DNA of 64,000 nt from NCBI GenBank assembly GCA_964016885.1, contig OZ024747.1, positions 88,970,001 to 89,034,000 on the forward strand, in the 5' to 3' direction. This document shows, piece after piece, positions 1 to 11,861 of this stretch. Numbering within the stretch: the first letter of the stretch is position 1; every line of letters begins with the position of its first letter. Below the pieces are notes generated by a model that had not been told where the DNA came from, made no database searches, and worked only from the letters and a program-made list of their open reading frames with translations. The stretch is from Eledone cirrhosa (taxonomy: Eukaryota). Made by a program: the position numbers and the translations under genes.

Positions 1-76
1 AAAATTATAGGCAGTGTCTATCATTAGAAATACAGTAACGAAAGAGAAAGAAAAAAAATGAGAATAAAAAACTAAC

Positions 77-181
77 CTGCAATGCCCACACTCCTTCATT
101 ATGGACCCGGAATGTGGCCATACACACTTGTTGACCAATTGACCATAACCGAATGGTACCATCTGAGCTACCAGATAAGCA
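77..181 (-). CDS. WDR48: WDR48 coding exon (gene continues beyond window start)
   Basis: [35 protein letters not shown]. Boundaries ttttag| and |gttagt; 105 bp, phase 0/0. Confidence 0.95.
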
Positions 182-412
182 CTAAAATCAAACAGAATAC
201 AATACATATGATATAGTTTACTTTTAATAGAAAGTGTTTCTTTATATACATGTGTGCATTTAGTTATATACATCACTGTGAAGTCTATTAATCAGTTTAA
301 CGTTGAGCTATCACTTTCTAATGTTGAGCTACCATTTTCTAAATTTATTCCTCTTAATGTTTGAAAATAATGATAAAGGATTAAAATCTCAAATAAAAAA
401 ACATTAACAAAC

Positions 413-603
413 CTGAGTACCATCTCGGTTCAGTACAATAGCTTTGACATTGTCTCCATGACCTTTTAATTTCATCATCTTCTGACAGGTACGAGGATCC
501 CATACCCGTAAAATTTTCTCAGTAGACCCAGATACAATGACTGTACCAGGTGGATTCATTGCTAAACTATAAATTGAATCCTTGTTACCATTAAGGCTGG
601 AAG
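413..603 (-). CDS. WDR48: WDR48 coding exon
   Basis: (T)[63 protein letters not shown]. Boundaries ttttcag| and |gtttgt; 191 bp, phase 1/0. Confidence 0.96.
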
Positions 604-904
604 CTGAAAAAAAAAAGAGAAAAAAGGTTAGCAATACAACATATATTAACCTTTTTGATAACAACCTGCCCAAAACTGAGCTCATTTTAAAGGGTTCCTA
701 TTTAAATTAAAAACCTTCCAAAATAATTTTATATAAGAACTATTTAAGTCACATTTCAATAATGAAATAATAATTTTAGTAAATCCTTGCAAATTAATTA
801 ATTGAAAAAAAAACCAAAAAACAATGTATGTCAGCAGAAAAGAGAAACAGGTCAATTGATGGGGCTTCTATAATCTATCATTGCAGGGCAACTGTATTAC
901 TAAT

Positions 905-1126
905 AACAGTACATGGACGATGACCACTGAGTGAAGAAGTACCAAGTAATCCCAGTGGAAGGAAGACCACGAAAAACAGGAGCAGAGGTGGTGAGAGCTG
1001 ACCTCAGATCACTGAAGATCACAGAGGAGATGACGAAAGACTGACAAATGCAGAGATGCTGTGCTGAAAAGGACCTATCCCACCTTTGCAAGCATAGAAA
1101 AGTGGACATAAAATGATGATGATGAT
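905..1126 (+). mobile_element. RTE LINE 3' fragment with (ATG)n tail
   Basis: Similar to the 3' end of the LINE at 11862-14527; ends ...agtggacataaaatgatgatgatgatg. Confidence 0.75.
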
Positions 1127-2289
1127 GTTTGCTATTCCATCTACTCAAATTGACAGGGCTTCAACCATTTACCACTGCTGGGCAATTACACAAGATGTCT
1201 GCTATTCCATCTATTCAAATTGGATACTATAAACTGTTTCTGCTATCTTAACTATAACTAGTTAATTAAGCTGTGGAAATTCCACAACTTAATTAGAAAC
1301 AACCACAAAATATTAAAGATCAATATGACTTTTTAAGTGTTTTAGTTATTTTTCTAAGTAATCAACAAGATCCCAGACCTCATTCACTTACAAGTGGGGT
1401 AGTGCTCATCAAATTGGACCAAGGAAACAATTTTCCATTGGTCTTTCCATTGCTAATATCATCTACCTGTCGCAACTCCTGGCAGAAAGAGCAGCGTGAA
1501 ATAAAGTGTCTAGCCCAAGGACATAACGCATCACCCAGTCTGGGAATCAAACTCGCAACCTCACAATTACAAATCCAATTCACTAACCACTAAGTTATAA
1601 GCTATATATATATATGTTCGACTATATTGTATATATATAGCTAGGTTTCTATAGCTGGATGCCCTTCCTAACGCCAACCACATTTACAGTGTGTGCTGGG
1701 TGCTTTTTGTCGTGACTCCTACATGACCACTTTACAGTGTGGGTATCAGTTCTAGGAAAATCACCAACCTTTGTTGTTTTAATGTCTAAAATCATTTAAC
1801 ATAAAAATCTAAGCAATTACACCAGTCCTATATGTGTTGAGCTACTTAACACTGAATGTCCTGTATCACATCAAACCACATTAGCAAGGCATTCTAGAAA
1901 AGTACAAAACAGCTCTATGAATGTATCACATAAAAAATTTAAGTCTTTACTGGAGTTTAATGCTGTAAGTGATCTGACCAACAACAAAGGTACTATAAAC
2001 ATTTGAATTAACAAACCTGTTTTTAGATATTTTCTCCTAAATCATTACAAGATGTTAAAAGTTAATATATAAGTTCTGAATGGCTACAGTGCAATGCCTG
2101 AGACCAATAAAAGAAAAGAAAATATTTTCATTGATTATAAATTGATATATAAGAGCGGCCCACAAGTACAAGAACAGCAACACTAAAAGTAATCAAGGTT
2201 GAAGACTGGAGGCTACAATGTTAGTCAATGAAAAAGAGACAATATAGGGTCTGAGGGGAGTCTTCTGTCTGAATGAGCAGGTAAAAACA

Positions 2290-2610
2290 GTACAGGTGCC
2301 ACGATAAAACACACCCAGTCCACTCTGTAAAGGGATAGTGCTAGTGCCACGATAAAACACGCCCAGTTCACTCTGTAAAGTGATAGTGATGAGGCCATGA
2401 TAAAACACATCCAGCCCACTCTGTAAACTGATAGTGATGGGGCCATGATAAAACACACCCACTTCATTTTGTAAAGTGATAGTGCTGGTGCCATGATAAA
2501 ACAGACCCAGTCCACTCTGTAAAGTGATAGTGCTGGTGCCACGATAAAGCCCACTCAGTCCACCTTGTAAAGTGATAGTGCTGGTGCCACAATAAAACAC
2601 ACCCAGTTTA
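2290..2610. repeat. About 45-bp tandem repeat (about 7 units) amplified from an internal module of an RTE-tailed SINE
   Basis: Unit approximately gtgccacgataaaacacacccagtccactctgtaaagtgatagtgctg, followed by the SINE 3' part (ggttggcattaggaagagcatccagc...). Confidence 0.8.
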
Positions 2611-3281
2611 CCTAGTAAGATGACAGTGCTGATGCTATTAGGCAAAAGTGGTTGGCATTAGGAAGAGCATCCAGCCACAGAAATCATGTCCAATGTGGAA
2701 ATTAAGAGTAAGATAAGGTTGCTCCAATGCCTCAGACTAAGACAACATGTCCAACCCATGTCAGCAAGGAGAGCAGACATAATAATGTTGAAAATCATGA
2801 TGATGATACATTACTATACAATACTACATTAAACAGTTAAATGTTCTAGTTATATAACAGTTTTAACACTAGGCAACTTGTACCTATTAAGACAAGATAA
2901 ATACAATAAATAAAGACACTAACTTAATGTGAGATTTAATCAATATTTGTGTTCAATATGACATCTAAGAAGCATGCTTCATAACAAAGACTACAGAGAA
3001 ATAATTAGCACAACACAATGATATTATTATTAGACTATGCAATAAAATCTATCTGAAATCCCAACACCACTATGTTATAAGGACACAACTGTATGATTTT
3101 GTGTCAAAAAATATATAACAAGCAACAGACAATATACCAGCAGTGATAAAGAATTAATTTATTAACCCTTTTGATAACATTATCTGAAAACAGCCCTGGT
3201 TCTTAGATACAAAACTGTTTGTTTTAAGGTGTTTATATTCATCTAAAAACCTTTCATGATAATCTTATGTAAGAAGCTTTG

Positions 3282-3479
3282 TTAACCCTTTAGCATTTGC
3301 ATTACTCTATATTTACTACTGTATTTTCGCAATAAAGGCTTTATCTCACATAATATCAAATCTATGAGATTTTGATATTATTTATTTTGAGAACAATACC
3401 TAAACGACTGGCTGGTTTGAAGAGAGAGAGGTGAGAGAATTCTGATCAGATACAGCTGGTTTAAATGCTAAATGGTTAA
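3282..3479. mobile_element. piggyBac-type MITE family 1 (TTAA-CCCTTTAGCATTT...AAATGCTAAAGGG-TTAA), representative copy
   Basis: TTAA flanks and CCC/GGG-type TIRs. Further full or partial copies at 4613-4864, 6229-6438, 6772-6959, 18589-18794, 19115-19328, 24191-24862 (interrupted), 30345-30557, 34284-34511, ~34700-34820, 37867-38060, ~39105-39203, ~40668-40843, 41841-42055, 45979-46180, 48234-48418, 49449-49659 and 51141-51300. Confidence 0.85.
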
Positions 3480-5805
3480 GTTGTGTTCCAGACATCAGCT
3501 TAATAATGAGAAAATTAGTTATATTAATGAATCGCTCAAAATATTTGATTATTTTCACAATCATATGAAAACCATAAATCAATGTTTTTTTTCCATAGAA
3601 ATGTGATAATGAATGGGTTGAACAAGACAGCTGAAAGACTAATTACCAAACGACTATACATACATATTACTTAGTAACAGAAGTAGAGAAGACTTTACAG
3701 TTGTGTCAAGGACATGATGACCTCCCTAGTGCTGGTGCCATGATAAAATACACTGCACACTCTGTAGAGTGTGGGAATATAAGCAAGATGAGGTTTTGGC
3801 CTATCTGAGAGATCAGTAGTTCTGATTCAGTACTGGTTTGGTCTGTGACAACTTGTTCAACTCTTGTTAACAGAGAAAACAAACATTAAACGACAATGAT
3901 GTGAAGAAAAGTATTATTTATAATAGAGTCAAGTAGAGAAAGAGAAAAAGAGACAACAGTCAATAATACTGAACTATATTGTTGCAATAGTTGAGTAAAT
4001 AATTCATCACACTCTCAGCTTCTTCTAGCATATGACACTCTTAGTTGATGAATCACTGATTCTCTAAATAAACATTCTTTAATGTTTGCTCAACAATAAT
4101 TGAATGTGACAATAACTACTAAAGTCACTTTAACTTTCTAGTAATTTATAGTTAGGTAAGCATCTTTTAATTTTTTGATTGCATTGATGCCACATAATTC
4201 AAGGAATTTTAGCTGAACCAGGTTCAGGTAGTTCCCCGGAGAGATGGCGCTAGTTACTACAAGGTTAAGTATTATCTATATGGCAGTTTAACCATATAGC
4301 TACTTCTTCAGCATTATTGAGATTTAAGTATATATTAGACTCCATCTTACTGTTGTTAGCTGACAAGAGACACATTTTTGTTGCCAGCTATTGTGTTTAC
4401 AATAAGTCCACGACAGTAAGTAGCTACGTAAGAGACTTCAGACTGTTGTTATAACTGAATATCACAGTTCAGTGACATTACTGAAACGGTTCACCACAAA
4501 ACTATGTTGGACATTGAACTGGTAGCCACCATAACTCTTTCGTTAATCTATTTCTAAATACACTATATTTGAATTAATGAAAAAATTGGAAGGGTTTACT
4601 CAAATTATTTCTTTAATCCTTTAGCATTTAAACAGGCCGTATTTGGCCAGAGTTCTCTCACCTCTTTCTGTTCAAACCAGCTGTAAAATGGCTACTCATA
4701 CTGATGTTAAGGTATTGTTCTCAAAAGAAATAAGATCAAAATCTTATAGATTCAATATTATGTAAGATAATTTTGTGAGGTAAAGCCTTTACCACAAAAA
4801 TATAATAGTATATATATAGAGTAATGTGAATGCTAAAGGGTTAAGATGGTATTTATAACATAACTTAACAAAAGGTTCTTATACAAAATTGTTGGAAGAT
4901 TATAATTGAAATAGGAACTCTTTAAAAAGAGTGGTTTTGTTGAAGAGAACCAGTGTTGATTATAAATCAGGTAGATAGATATAGTGTGAAGATACATAGG
5001 GTTTCTCTCCTGCCATGATACCGTCCCCCATTACTCAACCAACAATTATCATTGTCTCCCTACCACATTTCCCTCTTCACATTTAACCTCATCACCACTG
5101 CAGCCTCTTCAAGTTAAACACTTGGACACTTCGTGTCCTGCAATGTAGAGGCAAGGCAACTTCTCTCGTGTTTGTGCCATAATAAAATAAACCCAGTACA
5201 CTCTGTAAAGTGGTTTGAAAATTGAACTGAGACACTTTAAGGTAGAAAGGACTTGTTACTCTTGTCAAGGACCTGACAGCCTCTCTAGTGCTGGTGCCCA
5301 AACAAAATGGACTCAATAGTTAGTGCTAAGAAAAGCATCAAACAGTAGACGCCCTGCTATAAATTGGATGTGGTCCCCTTAAATTAGGAGAGTAGTAACT
5401 TCAAATAAGAACCGATTTAGACCAGCATATAAAGCAGATGTTGGATGTAAAAAAAGAGGATGGCGACGATGAATCTATATTTAAATCTGAGCAACTTCTG
5501 TCTATCCGTCTGTCACACAATGTGTGTGTGTGGGCGTGTGTGTTTGTGTGAATGTATGTGTGTGTAAAAAGAAGGAAGAGGATGTTGAAAAAACTATAGC
5601 AAAAGAACAACTGGCATTCCATTTGCTATGCTGTGTGCGGGTGTATGTCTGTGAGTATGCATTTTGTAAGTGTGTCTATGTTTGTGTGTTTATATTTATA
5701 TACTCATACATATAAATGTATGCACATGCACATACACACATATACATATACACATACGCGACAGCGTGTTGAAATGATTTCTAGTACTATAAATATAAGA
5801 CTTAC

Positions 5806-5935
5806 TTGTGACAGTATTATTGGATGCAGTAAGAGCCGTTAATGTATTGACATCCCATAAGAAAATAGCCCGATCAAAGCCAGCAGATGCTACTTGTTCT
5901 CGATCTTTTGCATAAGCCAATGCCTTGACATAGTC
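5806..5935 (-). CDS. WDR48: WDR48 coding exon
   Basis: [43 protein letters not shown] plus 1 nt. Boundaries ctccag| and |gtaagt; 130 bp, phase 0/1. Confidence 0.96.
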
Positions 5936-6965
5936 CTGGAGCACAAAACCAAAAGTATATTAAATATAAATATAAAGGACAAAAATGTTGATGACAAAAA
6001 TTACTACATTAAGTTGATCTCATGAAATTCATACAATATTTCTAATGTCAGTATTGAAGAGTAAACAATAATTACAAATATTATTTCATATATATTACCC
6101 ACAAAATTCAAAGGATTTTAACCCTTTTGTTACCCTATTTCTAATGAAATACATTACCTATGATTTTCAAATAATTTTGAAAATAATCAAGAATTTGGAG
6201 GAATTTAGTAATCTAACAAACTTTCTCATTAACCCTTTAGCATTTGCATTAATATATTTTACTAATATATTTTCACAGTAAAGGCTTTACCTCACAATAT
6301 CAAATCTATGAAATTTTGATATCATTTATTTTGAGAATACCTTAACGTCAGTACCAGCGGCTGGTTATGGCCGGTTTGAACAGAAAGAGGTGAGAGAATT
6401 CTGGCCGGATATGGCCGGTTTAAATGCTAAAGGGTTAAACTGGTGTTAGAAGCATAGCTTAAAAGTTCTTACGTTGTAGTGCACCTGAGCACTGTAGACA
6501 ATAATTTCATTATTATTATTATTTCATAATTATGATGGAAGGTTTTTAAATAAATATACACACATTAAAACAAAAGTGTTGTATTGTAGAACTATGGGTG
6601 GTTTCTTATAACCTTGGCATTTTTACCAAACACACATTGTCGGGCTTCCAAATAACCAAACTTATTTCCTTGTCATATTTGTATCTCATAAACGCTTGAA
6701 TTAACGAACTCAGTGCGAGATATACATTATTTTCAGCATAAATGACTGTATAACAATAAATATAAACATTTTTAACCTGTTTGTATTTAAACCGGCCATA
6801 TCTGGTTAGAATTCTTTCACCTATTTCTGCTCAAACAGGCTGATGTTAAGGTATTGTTCTCAAAATAAATATTATCAAAATCCCAGATTCTATGTGAGAT
6901 AATTACCACAAAATTATCATATAATAGTATATATAGTAATGTAAATGGTAAAGGGTTAATGCTCA

Positions 6966-7136
<171 letters not shown>

Positions 7137-7729
7137 TCAAGAGGGCACAGGCTAAAGCTGAAGCGCATATATATATATATATACATATAGTATGCACCTC
7201 CTTCCCATACATCTCCCATGAAGACAGGCTGAAGCATACATCCACTGAAGCCTCCAGCCTACACTGTAAAGCGGTTGTGATGATGACATAACAAAAAGTA
7301 CCCAGTCCACACTGTAAAGTGGTTGTGTAGGTGTCATGACAAAAAGTATTACCCAAGATTCATGACCATAGATAATTGTCTCTACTTTTGGCACAAGGCC
7401 AGCAATTACCCAGTACATTACTAGTACTTTATTTTATCGACCCTGTAAGGATGAAAGGCAAAGTTAACCTTGGAGGGATTTGAACTCTATGCTAGAGGGC
7501 ATGGCGTCCAAGTCTCTACTGATACTGCCAATCCACTGCCCTAAGATAATGTCTACACAACAGTATTGTTGTAAATCTTCTCTTCAGTAGGTAATGGCTG
7601 ATTACAACAAATATGATAGAAGTGTATATGAAAGCATATACAATATATTTATTTATAATAAACATAATTTATAATAAACATAAATAAGTCTTGTTATGAG
7701 TGTAGTAAGCTGTGATTACGTCACAGCTA

Positions 7730-8120
7730 CCTGAATAGCCATGTGAGAATATCAGACAGTAGTGTTTCAGGCTTGGAAAGCATATAGGCATTACTGATGA
7801 GGTTCCAGTTCTGGTGGGCTGGACATTGTCTACATGACCGATGAGTGCCTCCCAAAGAGACTGTTCCATGGTCAGCTATTCACAGGAGGACCAGAAGAAG
7901 TGCTACTGAAAACCTCCCTCAAGTGCTGTGGTATTGACTCGTGTATATGACCCAAATACATGAGAAGTTCTGAAATACCAAGTCAATACTGAAGTGGGGC
8001 TGCTGACCTCACAGACAGGCTGGGGAATCTCACATTCTACCGAGTACACCAGTGCAAGAGAAGCTGTTATATTTTTGACACAACTGAAAGGTCCTCCCAA
8101 CCATTTGTTTGGCAAGCTTC
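7730..8120 (+). mobile_element. Decayed RTE (BovB-like) LINE 3' fragment
   Basis: Frameshifted WAGHC...DECLPKRLFHGQL...LKTSLKCCGID, typical of the RTE ORF C-terminus. Confidence 0.6.
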
Positions 8121-8393
8121 CTATGGTTGGATGCCTTTCAAATACACAAATAATATAATTGGCTGGGATTTAAAAAAAAACAAAATTTTGCATACACTTT
8201 CATTAGACTTATTAAAGCTCTCTCTCTCATTCACATACACTCTTATCATCCCCTTTCCATAAAGACTTATAACACTCTCTCCCTCTCTCACACACAGATA
8301 CACACACTTTTACCATCTCCTCCTTTTCAGCATGACAGACGTTTTACACAACACGTACAACAGCTTTAATATGATAGATGAATAGAAACTCAC

Positions 8394-8469
8394 AAGTTCT
8401 TCCATTACAGCAAAGAACGACATCATTTACCCAGTCTGTGTGATGTTCCATTGATTGGACATAGGGATC
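8394..8469 (-). CDS. WDR48: WDR48 coding exon
   Basis: [25 protein letters not shown] plus 1 nt. Boundaries cattag| and |gtgagt; 76 bp, phase 0/1. Confidence 0.95.
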
Positions 8470-8756
8470 CTAATGGGAAGATAAAATAGATATATTTTAT
8501 ATTAATATACATATTTATATGCAAATCATACCATCATCATCATCATCATCATCATCAAATAGAAATTTATTTGCATTTTCAGAAACAAATTAATTAAATT
8601 GATCCATTTTATGAAGTGATCAATAAATTAAAATTTAATGTTAGTAAAAACGATTTGCTAGTTTACATATATATCAAATTAGAAAATCATTTTTAATGTA
8701 GCAGATTTCTAAATATTGTGTGTGTGCGTGTGTATGCGTGTGTGTATCTGTGCATG

Positions 8757-9478
8757 TCATCATCATTTTACGTCCACTTTTCCCTGCTTGCAAGGGTGGG
8801 ATGGGTCCTATTCAGCACAACATCTCTCCACTTGTTACGGTTCTTCGTCATCTCCATCGTGAGCTTCAGCGATCTGAGGTCTGCTCTCACCACCTCCGCC
8901 CATGTTTTGGTCTACCTCTACTACGTCTTCCTTCAACTGGCATTTCTTGGCACTTCTTTACCCATCGGTCATCCTCCATGCACATTACATCCTCTTCCGC
9001 ACATAACAATCTATCCCTCTCAGACACAGTTTCTCTCTCAACACATCTATGCTTGGTTGTTCACGCACATTGACATTGCACATCCGACAGAGCATGTTTG
9101 CCTCATTTCTCTCCAGCCGTCGCATATCCTCTGCAGTTCCTGCCCATGTCTCACTACCATGCAGCATCGCGCTCCTCACACAGGCATCATATAACTGGCC
9201 TTTTGTACGCAGGGAGAAACCCTTCTTCGTCAGCAGAGGAAGCAGCTCCCTAAACTTCTTCCAACCCGTCCTTATTCTAGATACTATTGGCATCGGAACA
9301 TCCCCCTCCCATGCTAATCTGATCACCTAGGTACCGGAAGCTATCAACCACTTCTATAGCACCACCTGCATTTGAAAAATGTGTCTATCTACTGCATAGG
9401 TATTTCTCCCTACCTGTTAGTTTGCCTGCTATCCCACTATATTTCTTGTGTACCCAAGATCTGCATTGCGTACATTTT
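8757..9478 (-). mobile_element. RTE LINE 3' fragment (same family as 11862-14527)
   Basis: RIRTGWKKFRELLPLLTKKGFSLRTKGQLYDACVRSAMLHGSETW; shares the (ATG)n tail. Confidence 0.9.
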
Positions 9479-10006
9479 ATACGTATGTATATATCTAACC
9501 GTAACTCCTGGTGGAGTCGTAGGAACAGCACTGTGACATACAGCGTGTTTTGGGTATTTAAAAAAAAAACCTGGTGGAGCCCATTTCCTCTCCAGGTTTG
9601 AAGGATGAAAGGCAAAGTTGACCCTGGTAGAATTTGCATGCAGAGAGCTTGAACAAATACTGCAATGTAGTCTTCTCTCTTGCATACTACGTTTAGTTCC
9701 TCTAATACCCAGTTTCTCTCTCAGCTCATCCCTGATTTGCTGTTCAAGCACACACTACAACACAACCCAACCACAACATGTCGGTGCCATGAATATCAAG
9801 AACAAATTAGAAATACAAGCAGAATAGATATGCTGCTGATAAAACATTCAATAACCACAAGTATCAACAACAACAAAAACCATCCTCATACAGGTTCTAT
9901 TTTATCTTCTGGTGTCCTTTCTTTTCTCCTAACAAGTTCTTCAACCTTCTTGATACCAATCTGCCTGAAATCACCCTTGATTCTAATGATACAAAACTAT
10001 TTATCT

Positions 10007-10247
10007 TAACCCTTTAGTTACCAACCCGGCCATAACCAGCTCCAGTTCTATGAAATAAAACCACATATTTTAAAGGTTTCCAATTTGTATTAGAATCTTT
10101 CAACATAATTTTATATCAGAACCTTACATTAAGTTACTATCTTAATAATGAAATAATTAATAATTTTAGTAAATCCCTCAAAATTCTTCATTAATTAATT
10201 AAAATAGTGTATTTCATTCAAAATAAATACAGTCATGGAAGGGTTAA
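10007..10247. mobile_element. piggyBac-type MITE family 2 (TTAA-CCCTT...AAGGG-TTAA), representative copy
   Basis: TTAA flanks and short TIRs. Related copies at ~646-850, 3162-3622, ~4535-4965, 6118-6610, 19010-19472, 39325-39490, ~42740-42970, 46180-46405, 52703-52920, ~57505-57735 and ~60875-61010. Confidence 0.7.
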
Positions 10248-11861
10248 AGTAATTATTTATCTAAAACCTTTCCAACATAAGTTTAAGAAAGAACCAAACA
10301 ACAGCTTAATAATGAGAAAATTAATTATATTAATAAATCCCTCCAAATACTTCCTTATTTTCAAAATTATTTTGAAAAGCATAGGCAGTAAAAGAACTTT
10401 CTTGATACATCTGTTAATTCATTACTGTATATGAATGGGATATATTTGCTAGCTGTATGAATAGCCGTAGACTACAACAACAAGTAAGAGTGCATTGTTA
10501 AGCTGCCAGAAATGTCACTGAATTTCTTCTGTATGTATTAAAGTCAATATACCAACAAATTTATTCTCATCATCTTTCTTTTTTTTTTCAGCTAATAGCA
10601 AAAACGAAAAATAAAAGTGTTGTTCTTAAGCTCACTTTTTCATACCTAAAAGTTCTAGCATTGATTTTGTATAGCTAACCAAATTATCTATTTAAACAAG
10701 TTATCTGAGACTCTCTCTCTTTTGAATACAGTATCTTAAATTGCATGGTTAAAGCAAATATTTTACAGTTTGATGCCTCCATTCACTAAAACCATTTGAC
10801 TGTGTGACATGAGAGACAATGCCTAATGCAGCAAACATGAACTCAGCAGTTCTTATATTTTATTCATCATTACCTATAAAACCTCAACTGCTTACCAATG
10901 TAATCTAACAGATAATAGTCTGCCAATGTTAAAGCATATAAATTGTGCTAAACTAAGTTAACATCGTAACTGTATATTGAACTATCCTTCACTATTCATC
11001 ACAATATCTCTTGTGGCACATAATGTCACAGCTAAAGGTCAAGAATTTAATCAAATAAATGAAGTATAATACACCAAATTCAGTGAACTAGCTTATTCTA
11101 TTCATACTCTACACTGCATCTTTCAAGAGATACTCCAGTGATTGGCATTTAAGCAGTAATTTTCACACAAACACAGAATAATTCCTACTGCTGTAGTACC
11201 AAAATAACCAAAACTAACATGACCAGATCTGTCAAAATACAATGTGATTATTCGAGGTAGATTTCATAGCTAGATTTGGCTTGGCTTAAGCAACTGCATA
11301 CAATGTTATCTCATTGGTATATTTGTAGTTTATATACAAACTACACTTCAAGCCATTCTGGTGTCTGTTCCAGACTGACACAATCTAAAAAGATCTGCGT
11401 AATTGTTATTCATATATTATAATAGTGGTCATACTGGTGACATGACAAGAAGCGCCCAGTTCACTCTGTAAGGTGATTGGCATTAAGAAGAATATTCAGC
11501 CATCGAAAACCAAGCAAAAATCAGATTGCATGTGCTAGACATGGTTAACTGACCTGTCTAACCCATGCAAGCATGGAAAATAGATGTTAGATGATGATGA
11601 TGTGACATTTTGGTGAATCCTACTACCAGTCATTTCCCATAGTTTTAACTATAACTGTAATTTAACAGATAATAGTCTGCCAATGTTAAAGCATATAAAT
11701 TGTGATAAACTAAGTTAACATCGTAACTGTATATTGAACTATCCTTCACTATTCATCACAATATCTCTTGTGGCACATAATGTCACAGCTAAAGGTCAAG
11801 AATTTAATCAAATAAATGAAGTATTATACACCAAATTCATATATACATATATATATATATC

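Noticed and set aside
2193-2645. 150-aa repetitive ORF
   Set aside because: Product of a 45-bp (multiple of 3) SINE-derived tandem repeat.
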